A DNA stretch of 64,000 bases, taken from the IMG/VR virus record IMGVR_UViG_3300048762_000252, positions 64,001 through 128,000 of that record. One strand, written 5' to 3'. The notes under the pieces are model-generated. The model was not told the DNA's origin. It was given only the letters and a program-made list of their open reading frames with translations, and did not search any database. The DNA is from a virus (taxonomy: Duplodnaviria > Caudoviricetes). Each line of letters begins with the position of its first letter. The stretch's first letter is position 1. Below are positions 29,355 to 38,813 of the stretch, piece by piece. Both the position numbers and the translations under genes were made by a program.

Positions 29355-29932
29355 ATTTCAACGACATCATCACGACTCACTACAACTATTTTGTTGGGAT
29401 AACCTTGGACCGCCAGTTGGAATACTTCAACACCCAAAATCTTTGTAATTGGTTTCAAATTCTGCTTTGCAACGATAATGGTTCCTTTTCGTAACTCATC
29501 TCCCTTTACATCTAACATGTTGTTGTTGAGCTTGTACTTGCCTTGCTGTAAAAGCTCTTCTTCCAGATATTCTTCTGTAATAAGTGTTTCGTCAACCGCA
29601 TCGTTGTCTCGCAAAAAGCTCATGAATGTTTTTTCCATAATCAATACTCCTTCATCATCTCCTAACTGTTCTTTCAACAAGAACAATGCGGCTGCGTAAG
29701 TTCCAATTTTTGATTTTCCACCAGGAATCTTTTCAATGAGCCTTTTGATATTCATTACAAGTCGATGAAATAGTGTGTATGAATTTGCTTGTTCAGAAGT
29801 CATTTTATCAGTTTTAATTAATAACTTTCCTCTGGCATCAATAACTCCTAATTTGAATGCTTCAGTTTCGTCAAAAGGAGTTACTAACAATTTGATAAAT
29901 TTATACACTAACCAAGCATCAATCAAACCCAT
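29351..29932 (-). CDS. conserved T4-like phage protein (gp30.3-like)
   Basis: YKFIKLLVTPF...AFKLGVID..G; YAAALFLLKE. Confidence 0.65.
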   Translation of the reverse strand: MGLIDAWLVYKFIKLLVTPFDETEAFKLGVIDARGKLLIKTDKMTSEQANSYTLFHRLVMNIKRLIEKIPGGKSKIGTYAAALFLLKEQLGDDEGVLIMEKTFMSFLRDNDAVDETLITEEYLEEELLQQGKYKLNNNMLDVKGDELRKGTIIVAKQNLKPITKILGVEVFQLAVQGYPNKIVVVSRDDVVEI

Positions 29933-29933
29933 T

Positions 29934-30326
29934 TCAAATACCTCGTAAAACTGTAATCAACCTTGCGTCGAGCGCAATATCTGATGATATGATGTCTTTT
30001 CCATTAATTCCAATTACTCGATCAGACATAAAATTCAAAAAAACTAACACCGTTTTCAGCATTGGCCACAAATCCGGTTCTAACCGAAAAAAAAGAATTC
30101 GAGTCGCTGCTTCAATACCAAATACATTAAACAAAATAATAGTGTGGTTAAGAATCAACCTTTCTTTCAATACACCTTTTGTCTGATAACGTTTAAACAA
30201 GCGTTTGATATATTTGATACGATCATAGTCTTCTACAAATTCCTGCGTGCCTCGGCTAGCCGGATTGTCGTAACACTTCGCTGCATAAAGAAGGATGTTT
30301 TCTTCTGTTAAATTTTGAAAAATCAT
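29934..30326 (-). CDS. conserved T4-like phage hypothetical protein
   Basis: LTEEN.LLYAAK.YDNP...IKYIKRL...ERLILNH...NVFG. Confidence 0.75.
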   Translation of the reverse strand: MIFQNLTEENILLYAAKCYDNPASRGTQEFVEDYDRIKYIKRLFKRYQTKGVLKERLILNHTIILFNVFGIEAATRILFFRLEPDLWPMLKTVLVFLNFMSDRVIGINGKDIISSDIALDARLITVLRGI

Positions 30327-30327
30327 A

Positions 30328-30633
30328 CTATATCGTGTACAATCTCCCACTCACCGCTGTGTCGGATGGCACGATCTTCTTATTGAGATTATCATCTTCG
30401 TTGCCATCAACTTCAAGTTCAGTAAACAACCGATCATCAATTCCGATGTCAGGAACGAGTTTTTGTTTTTCGGTCATATCAAAATCAGGCACGGTGTCAG
30501 GGACTCCTGCTGTATCTATATCATCTTCGGTGGTCAATTTTTTCTTTAGTTCGTTAAATGTTTTGGGATGACTTTCGACAACGCCACCGACAATGACTTT
30601 TTTACGTTTGATGGTAGGAAGATGACGAGTCAT
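30328..30633 (-). CDS. hypothetical protein
   Basis: ORF in operon. Confidence 0.55.
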   Translation of the reverse strand: MTRHLPTIKRKKVIVGGVVESHPKTFNELKKKLTTEDDIDTAGVPDTVPDFDMTEKQKLVPDIGIDDRLFTELEVDGNEDDNLNKKIVPSDTAVSGRLYTI

Positions 30634-30662
30634 GCCCGCCGAAATTTCATTTTCAGTAGTTA

Positions 30663-31892
30663 TTACTTTTTTTTTTCTTTCTTGAGTTGGTCTGTTAACC
30701 TTTTTGCCGAAGCCAATGCACTATCATAAACATTCTCACCTGGAAACGCACCACCACTACCCTTTTCTACTCCATTGTGTTCATGCCAAAAGTTATCCCC
30801 CTTTTTAGTGAGATAAAACGAATGTCCAGATGGGTGATGATAAGTATCGTCTCCATGAAGAGGAGAATACTCAAATCCATGGCTGGTTAGATGTTGATGA
30901 ATGTCGCCCTTAGTTGCTCTAGCTTCAGTTATTCTTTTTTTTACAAGTGGCTTTTTTTCATCCATATGATAACCGCCGCAGCCACATCCCGGAAAAGTTT
31001 TTTGTGTACATTTAATCATGGCATTCTTTTTGGGAAAATGCTTTTCTAATTCTTCCTTAGACCATATTTCTGTTACTGGCGAAGAAACATGACTAATGCT
31101 ATGGTGTGTTCCCGAAAATCCTTTTCCATTTGCACCACGGTTTACATCGAATTTATGACCTTTGTATTCAAATTTAGAACTACCGCTTCCAGCGAAACCA
31201 GATTTTCCGCCTGGAAGTTGTTTTACATCCGGTTCTGATGTAAATTGGGAATTTCCACTTTTAGCATGTTTTGCATATAAAGACTTGAATTTTTTGACTA
31301 CTGGATGATCTGGAGTCGGAGAATCCATACTTACAGTTTGTGATCTTGCCCATTCATCATTTTGTGATTCGGATACAATTTCTTCACCAAAACCAACAGC
31401 CTGTGCGCCGTGTTCAATCGTTGCATCGAGTGTGTAGACACCGCCAGTCTTCTGGTATGTCACCACAAGATTCAGCCCGCCAGGAACACGATCTTTGATG
31501 CCATCATCGCCGCTTACAAAGCCGTCAGGAGAACCAAGCACACCAAAGCGGCCACCAAACTGTGAAAGCGGAACTTCTACTCTTCCTTGTTCGCCGGTCA
31601 TGAGAATCTTTTTTAAATCGAAGTTGATACCAATCATCATGAGTTTCTTCCATAGAGCATTTAATGGCATATATGGATTAAGATATTGTTTATTTGCAAT
31701 ATCATGGCAATAAGCATTCAGCTTTTCTAACATTTCCGGTCTTTCGACGGAATGCGCCGCACTATCTACATCGTCCACAGCTTGAACTGATGGGACACCC
31801 GCTGAACAGTCTGGAGAATTCCATCCTAACCACTCGTTAAGTTCTTTTTCAATAGGATGTAATTCATCTTGTAATTGTCTATAAGTTTTCAT
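30663..31892 (-). CDS. probable internal head polyprotein
   Basis: MKTYRQL N-terminus; modules after VSE, VTE, ITE sites. Confidence 0.6.
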   Translation of the reverse strand: MKTYRQLQDELHPIEKELNEWLGWNSPDCSAGVPSVQAVDDVDSAAHSVERPEMLEKLNAYCHDIANKQYLNPYMPLNALWKKLMMIGINFDLKKILMTGEQGRVEVPLSQFGGRFGVLGSPDGFVSGDDGIKDRVPGGLNLVVTYQKTGGVYTLDATIEHGAQAVGFGEEIVSESQNDEWARSQTVSMDSPTPDHPVVKKFKSLYAKHAKSGNSQFTSEPDVKQLPGGKSGFAGSGSSKFEYKGHKFDVNRGANGKGFSGTHHSISHVSSPVTEIWSKEELEKHFPKKNAMIKCTQKTFPGCGCGGYHMDEKKPLVKKRITEARATKGDIHQHLTSHGFEYSPLHGDDTYHHPSGHSFYLTKKGDNFWHEHNGVEKGSGGAFPGENVYDSALASAKRLTDQLKKEKKK

Positions 31893-32736
31893 AATCCGGC
31901 TCCGGCAGTTTCCATTTGTAATTGAAACACTCCAAGTTAAAATACGGTTTTATATGTTCAAAGAAACATTGAACAGTTTTTCTCTTAGATGCTTTTATTA
32001 AATGATGCGTTTTTGTTTTGTTTGGTCGATATTTTTTGTCTATCACCAATCCAAACTGTAGATCATTATCAAAACTGTGAAATTTTTCAATTAACATATC
32101 ACATTCATATTTAGAAAATGAATTGGTACAAAATGTTAGGTGTACTCGATTCTTATTGTTACTAAATGAAGTCGAACCATCTCCATAAAACCAATGTGTA
32201 AGCATTAAAGGTGTTAATTGTAATGTTTCTGGTACTTTTTTTCTTCCATCAGCATACCAATCGTTATAATAATCCGTAAGTGTCAAATCGACTGTAGATT
32301 GAACATGATATTTTGCTTTTGTATTATACATATGTCCACAAATGTTGACATCTTTTTTTGGCGGTTCAATACACATCTTAAAAAATTCAAATGGAAGCGT
32401 GTGTTGTATAAATTTAGCATACTCTGGTTCAGTAGATGAAAAAGAAAGATGTGCATTCCTGCAACCATTAGTCACATGAAGACAACCATCACTTATTATA
32501 ATTCCAGTTAGAATTTGATGTTGATCATTTGTCATCTGTGTTCTTCGATAGGAAGAATTGGATAAAGATGTTGCAATTTCTCTACTGCGGAGAGCGACAC
32601 CCCAAAATTTCAAATATTGACGAATGGTACTTCTATTTGTGTTACTGTTTAATAAGGACGCAATCTTTCCACAACCAATTCCTTGTTGATAAAGTTCGAT
32701 GATTTTATCTTTCGGTAATTCTACTTTTCTTGACAT
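31879..32736 (-). CDS. LAGLIDADG homing endonuclease (paralog of 16551-17360)
   Basis: GIIISDG, HWFYGDGSTS, YKWK. Confidence 0.85.
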   Translation of the reverse strand: MSRKVELPKDKIIELYQQGIGCGKIASLLNSNTNRSTIRQYLKFWGVALRSREIATSLSNSSYRRTQMTNDQHQILTGIIISDGCLHVTNGCRNAHLSFSSTEPEYAKFIQHTLPFEFFKMCIEPPKKDVNICGHMYNTKAKYHVQSTVDLTLTDYYNDWYADGRKKVPETLQLTPLMLTHWFYGDGSTSFSNNKNRVHLTFCTNSFSKYECDMLIEKFHSFDNDLQFGLVIDKKYRPNKTKTHHLIKASKRKTVQCFFEHIKPYFNLECFNYKWKLPEPDYENL

Positions 32737-33188
32737 TCTCTCAACCATGTACCAAAACTTTTCACTTCAACCGTCAATCTAGGCTGGTTTGGGTGCGTGT
32801 AGAAATGGTCAACTCTCATGACCGTCTTTGCAACCATTTCCAACTCCTTTTTCTCTTTGTTCCATACAACCACAACCGGCGAATTTATCTTGGTAGACAA
32901 ATCTGTAAGCACCGAATCAAATTTCTTCTCCGTATCAGGATTTACTTTGTGAGCAATCATCTCTCCAAACTGCTTGTATACATCAGTAAATATCTTGACA
33001 AGCTCTTTGGCTTGAATCTGCTTCCTGTTACGTGGATCATTTACACGTTCAAAAAAGTGCTTAGTGAATTCAAAGTCGATTCCTAAGTGATCCCACACAG
33101 CGTTCAAGTATTTCTCTACATGCCGAAGTTCCCCATCTGAAATAGGCGAGTCAGGGCTATTCTCCGTCAAAAATTCTTGGAAGTTCAT
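32721..33188 (-). CDS. probable internal head protein
   Basis: MNFQEFLTE N-terminus, FTKHFFERVNDPRN; CTAAATA promoter. Confidence 0.65.
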   Translation of the reverse strand: MNFQEFLTENSPDSPISDGELRHVEKYLNAVWDHLGIDFEFTKHFFERVNDPRNRKQIQAKELVKIFTDVYKQFGEMIAHKVNPDTEKKFDSVLTDLSTKINSPVVVVWNKEKKELEMVAKTVMRVDHFYTHPNQPRLTVEVKSFGTWLRECQEK

Positions 33189-33221
33189 TGAATATACAAC
33201 CTTCTCACATATTTAGATAAA

Positions 33222-33260
33222 CAAAAAAGAAGGGCTATCCAATTGGACAGCCCTTGTTTT
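33222..33260. terminator. intrinsic terminator, probably bidirectional
   Basis: AAGGGCT...AGCCCTT stem flanked by A- and T-tracts after the 33280 stop. Confidence 0.75.
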
Positions 33261-33279
33261 GATCGGAAACTCACGAAAA

Positions 33280-36200
33280 TTAGTTAAATGTGCAAGCACT
33301 CGTCGTTGGAGGGTTAAAGCTCAATACTAAGTTATTTCCTGCTACATCCTTAATTGTTGTGCCCGAAGCCAAAATGATTGGAGAAGGTGCAGTAACACCA
33401 GTACCAACAGCAACATCACCAGCAACAAGCTGATAAGTAAAGTGAAGCGCTTGAGAACCGCTGCCGCTGAAATATGTCAGAGCTTTGGCACCAGTTGTAA
33501 TTCCCAAAACTGAAGTAGCACCAGAACCGACAACAAATACCGGCTTTGTGGTGTTAAATGTGACAGTAAAGAAATCACCTGTGTGAAAGGCCGTCTGTGT
33601 GATAGCATCACCAAAACGGTCAAATAATATGCTTGCCGAAGAAATAGTAGGAGCTACACCGTCAACGTAAGAATCGCCAACGATCTTGCTACCCATAACT
33701 GCGGTCAAAACAACATCAACCAACAAAGTCCAGAACAACGGAGTACTGCCTGGGACATTGTTTTGGTTGCTGTTTTGAAGCGATACGTATCTTGCGGATG
33801 TTCCAGTGTGGTAAATGATATTACCCTTGGAATAAGTTGTAGTGTAAACCCATGTTGGTGGTGGAGCGATTGTAATGGTTGGAGCAGAATCATAATCACC
33901 ACCATTGGTAATGACTGCGCCAACTACATTTCCAGCTTGATTAACTGTGATTGTACCAGCACCAGCACCAGTACTGAATACTAATGCTTGTCCGTTTTCA
34001 TAACCTGTTCCCGTACCAGCAATTGTAACACCTGAAACATATTGATTAGTGTCAAATGTCAATGTTGGAGTACTTGCTACTGGAGTAAATGAAACAGCTT
34101 GAGATGTATAGATTGGTGCGCTGGCTGGAAGGGTAGCTATATAACCACTTCCACCAGATGCACCAGAAATGACCGGGGTGAAAGTCAATCCTGCGCCCTC
34201 TCCAGGTAGAGGATAGTAAACTTTAGGTTCTGATGTGTATCCAGAACCGCCACTGTCAACTACGACAGTAATGGTTTGTGCAGTAATCGTTTGGACACCA
34301 TTGCCTGAATTAGTTGTAACTGTATTCACAACATGAAGATGAGCTTTGGCATTGCCGTCAATTATCAAAGGTTCGCCGTCAATATATTTCAAATTAGATG
34401 TGCCACTTACAGCAACAGATGCTACTGTACCATTTGTCGAAATAGCAACAACATGACCACGATCATCAATTGTTGCGGTTGCGGTTGCACCACTACCAAC
34501 ACCAGCACCGATGGTCACAGTTGGAGCAACATAATATCCGCTTCCACCATTCGTAACAACAAACGATGAAATTTCTCCACTGACCACTGGAGTTGCGGCT
34601 GCGAGTGTTCCGCCGCCACCAGAGAATACTGCGGCTGCGGCTACGGCTACATATCCAGATCCTTCTGTAACCGGCTGAACTGATGCTACCGTTTGAAGAT
34701 TGGTAAGAGTTACTGTTGGATTAATTACTGCGGCTCTCAATGTGACAGATGCGGTTGTTGTAACCGAAGTTGCGGTAGGTGCAGCAACCGAAAGCGTTGG
34801 AACAATCGAAGCACCAGTTGTAGCATTAGTGTATCCTGTTCCTGGAGTAATTATGTACGAAGCGATAGGCTTACCCAGAACAGCAGTAAGAACTCTACCT
34901 GTACCCGAACCGCCTCCAGTTGGAGCAACAAGAGTTGGCACAGCAGAATATACACCAGCATTAGTAATATTTACGCCTGTTACATCTCCTCCAACTACAA
35001 TAATTGTTCCAGCAAAACCACCAGCACCAGTTCCACCAGATACAGTAATAGCATCACCATTAGTATAAGTTCCGCCTGTAAGAGAACCACTAATTGCCAC
35101 GTCGCAAACAATTCCAGTTGCGCCCAAAACTGCGGTAACAGCAGCGCCGCCAGTTGCGGGAGTAACTGTTACAACAGGAGCAGATCTATATCCAGATCCA
35201 GCGATGCCACCAACAACAGTACCAATACCCTGATCGAGCACTGCTACTGCGGTTGCACCTGTACCAGTTGCGGATGTAACTTGAACAGTAGGAGTAGATG
35301 TATAACCAGAACCAGGAGCGGTCATGGTATAACTCGTTACTCCACTTGCTACAACTGCGGAAGCTGCTGCGTCGGCACCAGAACTGCTATCTACCGTCGT
35401 CCAAGTTGTAGTTCCAGAACTTGCAATTGGACTAGTAAGTGTAATTGCATTCGATGCAGCAAGTGCATTTGATAAAATTTGATACCGGAAAAGAATACGA
35501 TTTGTTCCTTTTCCATTTGCCGGGGTTCCAAGCACTGCGGTAAGACTTGCAGTAGCTCCATGTGAAGTTACTGCCGTCAAAGTTACGCCAGAACCAAGAG
35601 CGCTCGTAACAGTAACAGTCGGGACACCAGTGTAACCAACACCACAATTTGTAAGAACTACACTTGAAATATTTCCTACTGCCGGGGTTGTTACAGTTGC
35701 TTTTGTGTGTGTTCCATCGGTAATAACATAACCTGCTGCTTGAACTGTGTTTCCAACAGTAGTGAAACTAAGAACTTCTCCATCCACATAGAGACCGTTT
35801 TGAGATCCACCTACAGTCACGCTCTTTACATAGCCAGTGTGAACAACAGCCGTTGGAGCAATATCATAGCCAGCACCGTTACTGGTCATCGCAATTCCGC
35901 TGATAGCATTGCTGCCACCAACAGAAGTCACTACTGCTTCTGCGCTAGAGCCAGTATGACCGGCACCAGTGTTGACGGTAAAGGTAATTTTGTCGCCAAC
36001 TTGATAATTGGTTCCGCCGCCGCCAATCGTTACAGATGTGACCTTATCGGCTGTATGCGATAATACATCAGTTGTGTCTTGATAATAAGCGAAAGTTACA
36101 GCACCAGGAGTTGTTCCAATATTTGCTGTAATTTGTGGTGCATCATTAGGCCAAGTTACAGGTTCATTGAAAAGGGCTTCAAGAACCATATATTCATCCT

Positions 36201-36417
36201 TAGCATACGCTTCTGATTGAAGAGATTGACCTGTATTGAAAGGATCTACTTTTGTTAAAAGTCGAACCTGTGTTAGTTCAGCGGTACCGCCCTTAGCGGT
36301 GGATAGATCTGTAATGGTGACATAAAGTTCACCAGTAATCGGATCTGCCCAACCTGCGGGAGTGCTCACCGCATTCGGATATAGAATCGGTGGGTTGTTA
36401 TCATTCCATAAAGCCAT
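33280..36417 (-). CDS. virion structural protein (tail fibre/decoration-like) with Gly/Thr/Val-rich repeats
   Basis: repeated GSGY..P.V units; a short Trp/Tyr carbohydrate-binding-like module (WVYTTTY...PLFW). Confidence 0.75.
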   Translation of the reverse strand: MALWNDNNPPILYPNAVSTPAGWADPITGELYVTITDLSTAKGGTAELTQVRLLTKVDPFNTGQSLQSEAYAKDEYMVLEALFNEPVTWPNDAPQITANIGTTPGAVTFAYYQDTTDVLSHTADKVTSVTIGGGGTNYQVGDKITFTVNTGAGHTGSSAEAVVTSVGGSNAISGIAMTSNGAGYDIAPTAVVHTGYVKSVTVGGSQNGLYVDGEVLSFTTVGNTVQAAGYVITDGTHTKATVTTPAVGNISSVVLTNCGVGYTGVPTVTVTSALGSGVTLTAVTSHGATASLTAVLGTPANGKGTNRILFRYQILSNALAASNAITLTSPIASSGTTTWTTVDSSSGADAAASAVVASGVTSYTMTAPGSGYTSTPTVQVTSATGTGATAVAVLDQGIGTVVGGIAGSGYRSAPVVTVTPATGGAAVTAVLGATGIVCDVAISGSLTGGTYTNGDAITVSGGTGAGGFAGTIIVVGGDVTGVNITNAGVYSAVPTLVAPTGGGSGTGRVLTAVLGKPIASYIITPGTGYTNATTGASIVPTLSVAAPTATSVTTTASVTLRAAVINPTVTLTNLQTVASVQPVTEGSGYVAVAAAAVFSGGGGTLAAATPVVSGEISSFVVTNGGSGYYVAPTVTIGAGVGSGATATATIDDRGHVVAISTNGTVASVAVSGTSNLKYIDGEPLIIDGNAKAHLHVVNTVTTNSGNGVQTITAQTITVVVDSGGSGYTSEPKVYYPLPGEGAGLTFTPVISGASGGSGYIATLPASAPIYTSQAVSFTPVASTPTLTFDTNQYVSGVTIAGTGTGYENGQALVFSTGAGAGTITVNQAGNVVGAVITNGGDYDSAPTITIAPPPTWVYTTTYSKGNIIYHTGTSARYVSLQNSNQNNVPGSTPLFWTLLVDVVLTAVMGSKIVGDSYVDGVAPTISSASILFDRFGDAITQTAFHTGDFFTVTFNTTKPVFVVGSGATSVLGITTGAKALTYFSGSGSQALHFTYQLVAGDVAVGTGVTAPSPIILASGTTIKDVAGNNLVLSFNPPTTSACTFN

Positions 36418-36544
36418 TTATTTTCTCCGTTCCTGAAAATAACTCAGGTACGATTATTATATAGCATCACTAAAAATTTGATTTGCATAATAGTAATGCA
36501 ATCTGAAAATAAAGGCTTCAAAGCCAAGAATGATAAATAACTTT

Positions 36545-36823
36545 ATGAATATTCAAAATCTACCAGCATCGCTATTACAAGCATCCAAAAAAATAGTCGA
36601 GACACAAAAAGTCCTTGAATCATGCCCTTCGTGTGGAATGGTCGTTGGGAGTTGCTTGCACACAGAAGGTCAAGTATTAGAAGACGAAATGGTAGAAGAT
36701 GCACTATCGGCAAGCAATGTTCCTGACACCGACGAGCCTGAAGAAAAACTCAGCGGCGAGGTCGAAGATGTGGTCATCAATCCTCCGTACTTAACTTTCA
36801 CTAACCGCAAACCACAGATTTGA
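36545..36823 (+). CDS. acidic late protein
   Basis: ATAAATA-5nt-ATG. Confidence 0.6.
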   Translation: MNIQNLPASLLQASKKIVETQKVLESCPSCGMVVGSCLHTEGQVLEDEMVEDALSASNVPDTDEPEEKLSGEVEDVVINPPYLTFTNRKPQI

Positions 36824-36888
36824 AAGAAGTTATAAGTCAGCAATTGCTGTGTTTAAAGAAAAGCGGCGCTTGTATAAATATGAAGTAC

Positions 36889-37647
36889 ATGAAGGAAAAA
36901 TCATGCAAGATTTACTATTGTTATAAAGCAACAAATAAAGTCAACGGAAAGACTTATATTGGATTCGCTACAGATCCACAGAAAAGATGGAGACAACATA
37001 AAGCTGACGCCATTAAAAATAAAGGTTTCGTTTTCGCTGCTGCAATTCGTAAACATGGATGGGAGAATTTTGAATTTGAAGTGATATGTGGTGGAAAAGA
37101 AAAGCGAGCGATGCTTGAAATTGTAGAACCTGCGTTAATTGAACAATATCATAGTAGCATTGATCAAAATGGTTATAACATACGACGTTGCCCGGTAATA
37201 GGGTTTTGTGGATTTACAAAGAAAACAATTGAAAAATTGAGAGATGCTTCCACTGGTGCTAATAATCCTTTTTATGGGAAGCGTCACACAGAAGAAACTC
37301 GACAAATAATGTCTGCGCTGAAAAAAGGAAAACCCAGTCATCGAAAGGGAGCCACACACACAGAAGAATCTAAACAAAAAATGAGAGCGGCACACTTAGG
37401 AATTATTTGTTCCGAAGAACATAAAGCAAAAACAAGTGCTGCTTTGTTGGGAATAAAACGATCCGATGAGTTCAAGCAAAAAATGAGAGTAGTAGCTGCC
37501 AATCGGCCAGCAGAACATTACATCAGAAAAATTCAATGTAATAGAAACATAGCAAAATTGGCAGGGTTGCAATTTTTTGAAGACAAACCTCATATTTGTG
37601 GTAACATAAAACGCTATACAAGCCAATGGGCAATGCGTAAATTGTAA
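36889..37647 (+). CDS. GIY-YIG homing endonuclease (last residues probably frameshifted near 37621)
   Basis: YCYKATNKVNGKTYIG, NPFYGKRHTEE; alternate frame gives ANGQCVNC Zn-finger end. Confidence 0.85.
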   Translation: MKEKSCKIYYCYKATNKVNGKTYIGFATDPQKRWRQHKADAIKNKGFVFAAAIRKHGWENFEFEVICGGKEKRAMLEIVEPALIEQYHSSIDQNGYNIRRCPVIGFCGFTKKTIEKLRDASTGANNPFYGKRHTEETRQIMSALKKGKPSHRKGATHTEESKQKMRAAHLGIICSEEHKAKTSAALLGIKRSDEFKQKMRVVAANRPAEHYIRKIQCNRNIAKLAGLQFFEDKPHICGNIKRYTSQWAMRKL

Positions 37648-37670
37648 ATTAGAAAAAGGAAAATCCCGTT

Positions 37671-38060
37671 ATGAACACCATAGAGTCCAAAAAGCAAATC
37701 AATAAACGCCATGAGTCGCCTCATTACAGAGCACAGACTTTATTTTGGGCCGCACAACGAGCAGCCAGGAAAAGTAAATTGCCTTTTGACTTAGATATGA
37801 AGTGGATTGAAGAAAAATTAATAACTGGAAAATGTGAAGTTAGTGATATTCCATTTACATTTTCGTCGTTGCAAACCGGCAAAGGTGGCTTCCCATCTCA
37901 AAACCCATTTGCACCGACACTTGATCGTACAGATTCCAACAAAGGCTTTACAAAAATCAACACAAAAGTTGTCCTATGGGCCTATCATGCAGGTAAAGGA
38001 ATTGCATCACACGAGACATTTTTACAATTGTGTCGAGCATTGGTTCGAAAAGATAAATAG
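37671..38060 (+). CDS. HNH-like endonuclease, possibly degenerate
   Basis: LPFDL...CEVS...PTLDRTDSNKGFTKIN. Confidence 0.7.
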   Translation: MNTIESKKQINKRHESPHYRAQTLFWAAQRAARKSKLPFDLDMKWIEEKLITGKCEVSDIPFTFSSLQTGKGGFPSQNPFAPTLDRTDSNKGFTKINTKVVLWAYHAGKGIASHETFLQLCRALVRKDK

Positions 38061-38065
38061 CGGTA

Positions 38066-38602
38066 ATGGCAAAACTCCAACAACCATGGCCTGATGTGTC
38101 AGACAAAGTTTCCATCGAGCAAGTCTACGAAAAAGCTCAAGGCCGTGCTCATGAACTTCTACCACGCTTCAAAGCGCTTCTCGAACGATATACTCCTAGT
38201 GATAGCAAACTTCTAGTCAACATCAAAAGCCTTTCGTCATTCATCCGCAAATCAAATCGGAAGCCAGTGCAAAAAATTCATGATGTTCTCCGGGCGGCAA
38301 TTCTCACTCAGACAAAAAAAGAAGCTGCGAAGGTCGCCAACGAAATAAAGCGAAAACTCCCAATTGTAGAGTTCGATAAAAAAGACGATCCCGAAGAGAC
38401 AGAAACCGGATATCACGGGTCATATCATTTGAAGATGCGAATTGAAGATTTAATTACAGAAGTCCAGATAATGCCGGAAACTTTATGGGTTTACAAAGAG
38501 CAGAACCATCGAATATACACGGACACAGAACTCCAGCAAGACAAGACCGTGTTGACGTTCTCCAGGTGGCTCTATAAAACAGCGAATAAAGAGAGCGGCT
38601 AG
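38066..38602 (+). CDS. RelA/SpoT-type small alarmone synthetase domain protein
   Basis: IKSLSS..RK, IHDVLRAAI, GYHGSYH, EVQI; ATAAATA late promoter. Confidence 0.8.
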   Translation: MAKLQQPWPDVSDKVSIEQVYEKAQGRAHELLPRFKALLERYTPSDSKLLVNIKSLSSFIRKSNRKPVQKIHDVLRAAILTQTKKEAAKVANEIKRKLPIVEFDKKDDPEETETGYHGSYHLKMRIEDLITEVQIMPETLWVYKEQNHRIYTDTELQQDKTVLTFSRWLYKTANKESG

Positions 38603-38701
38603 ACCGTAAAGAAGCCTGTTTCCTGGCGTTAGGAAGCCCTACAGCGCATCGGAATGGGGGTTGGCGGTGGGTTGGGCAGGCTGTAAGCAAAGCCGGTCTA
38701 C

Positions 38702-38729
38702 TTGACAAATCCTAAAATCGTGAGATCAT
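38702..38729 (+). promoter_or_regulatory. sigma70-type promoter for the tRNA-like/mom unit
   Basis: TTGACA-16-GATCAT with extended TG; tRNA-like 5' end 6 nt downstream. Confidence 0.6.
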
Positions 38730-38735
38730 AAAAAA

Positions 38736-38809
38736 GCGTGGATAGCACAAAGGTAGTGTGTTCGATCCCAATCGAAAGGTGGCGGTTCGACTCCGACCTC
38801 CACGCTCCA
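38736..38809 (+). tRNA. non-canonical tRNA-Gly-like RNA (6-nt anticodon loop UCCCAA, bulged T-stem, encoded CCA)
   Basis: GCGTGGA/TCCACGC acceptor + T73 + CCA; GCAC/GTGT D-stem; TTCGA/TCGAA anticodon stem; GGCGG-TTCGACT-CCGACC T-arm. Confidence 0.85.
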
Positions 38810-38813
38810 AACA

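Noticed and set aside
34333-36063. Long plus-strand ORFs (Cys/Ser/Asn-rich)
   Set aside because: Antisense shadows of the repetitive Gly/Thr/Val structural gene.
38736-38809. Ordinary decoding tRNA-Gly or tRNA-Trp(CCA)
   Set aside because: The anticodon loop has 6 nt and the T-stem is bulged; acceptor identity is Gly-type, not Trp-type.
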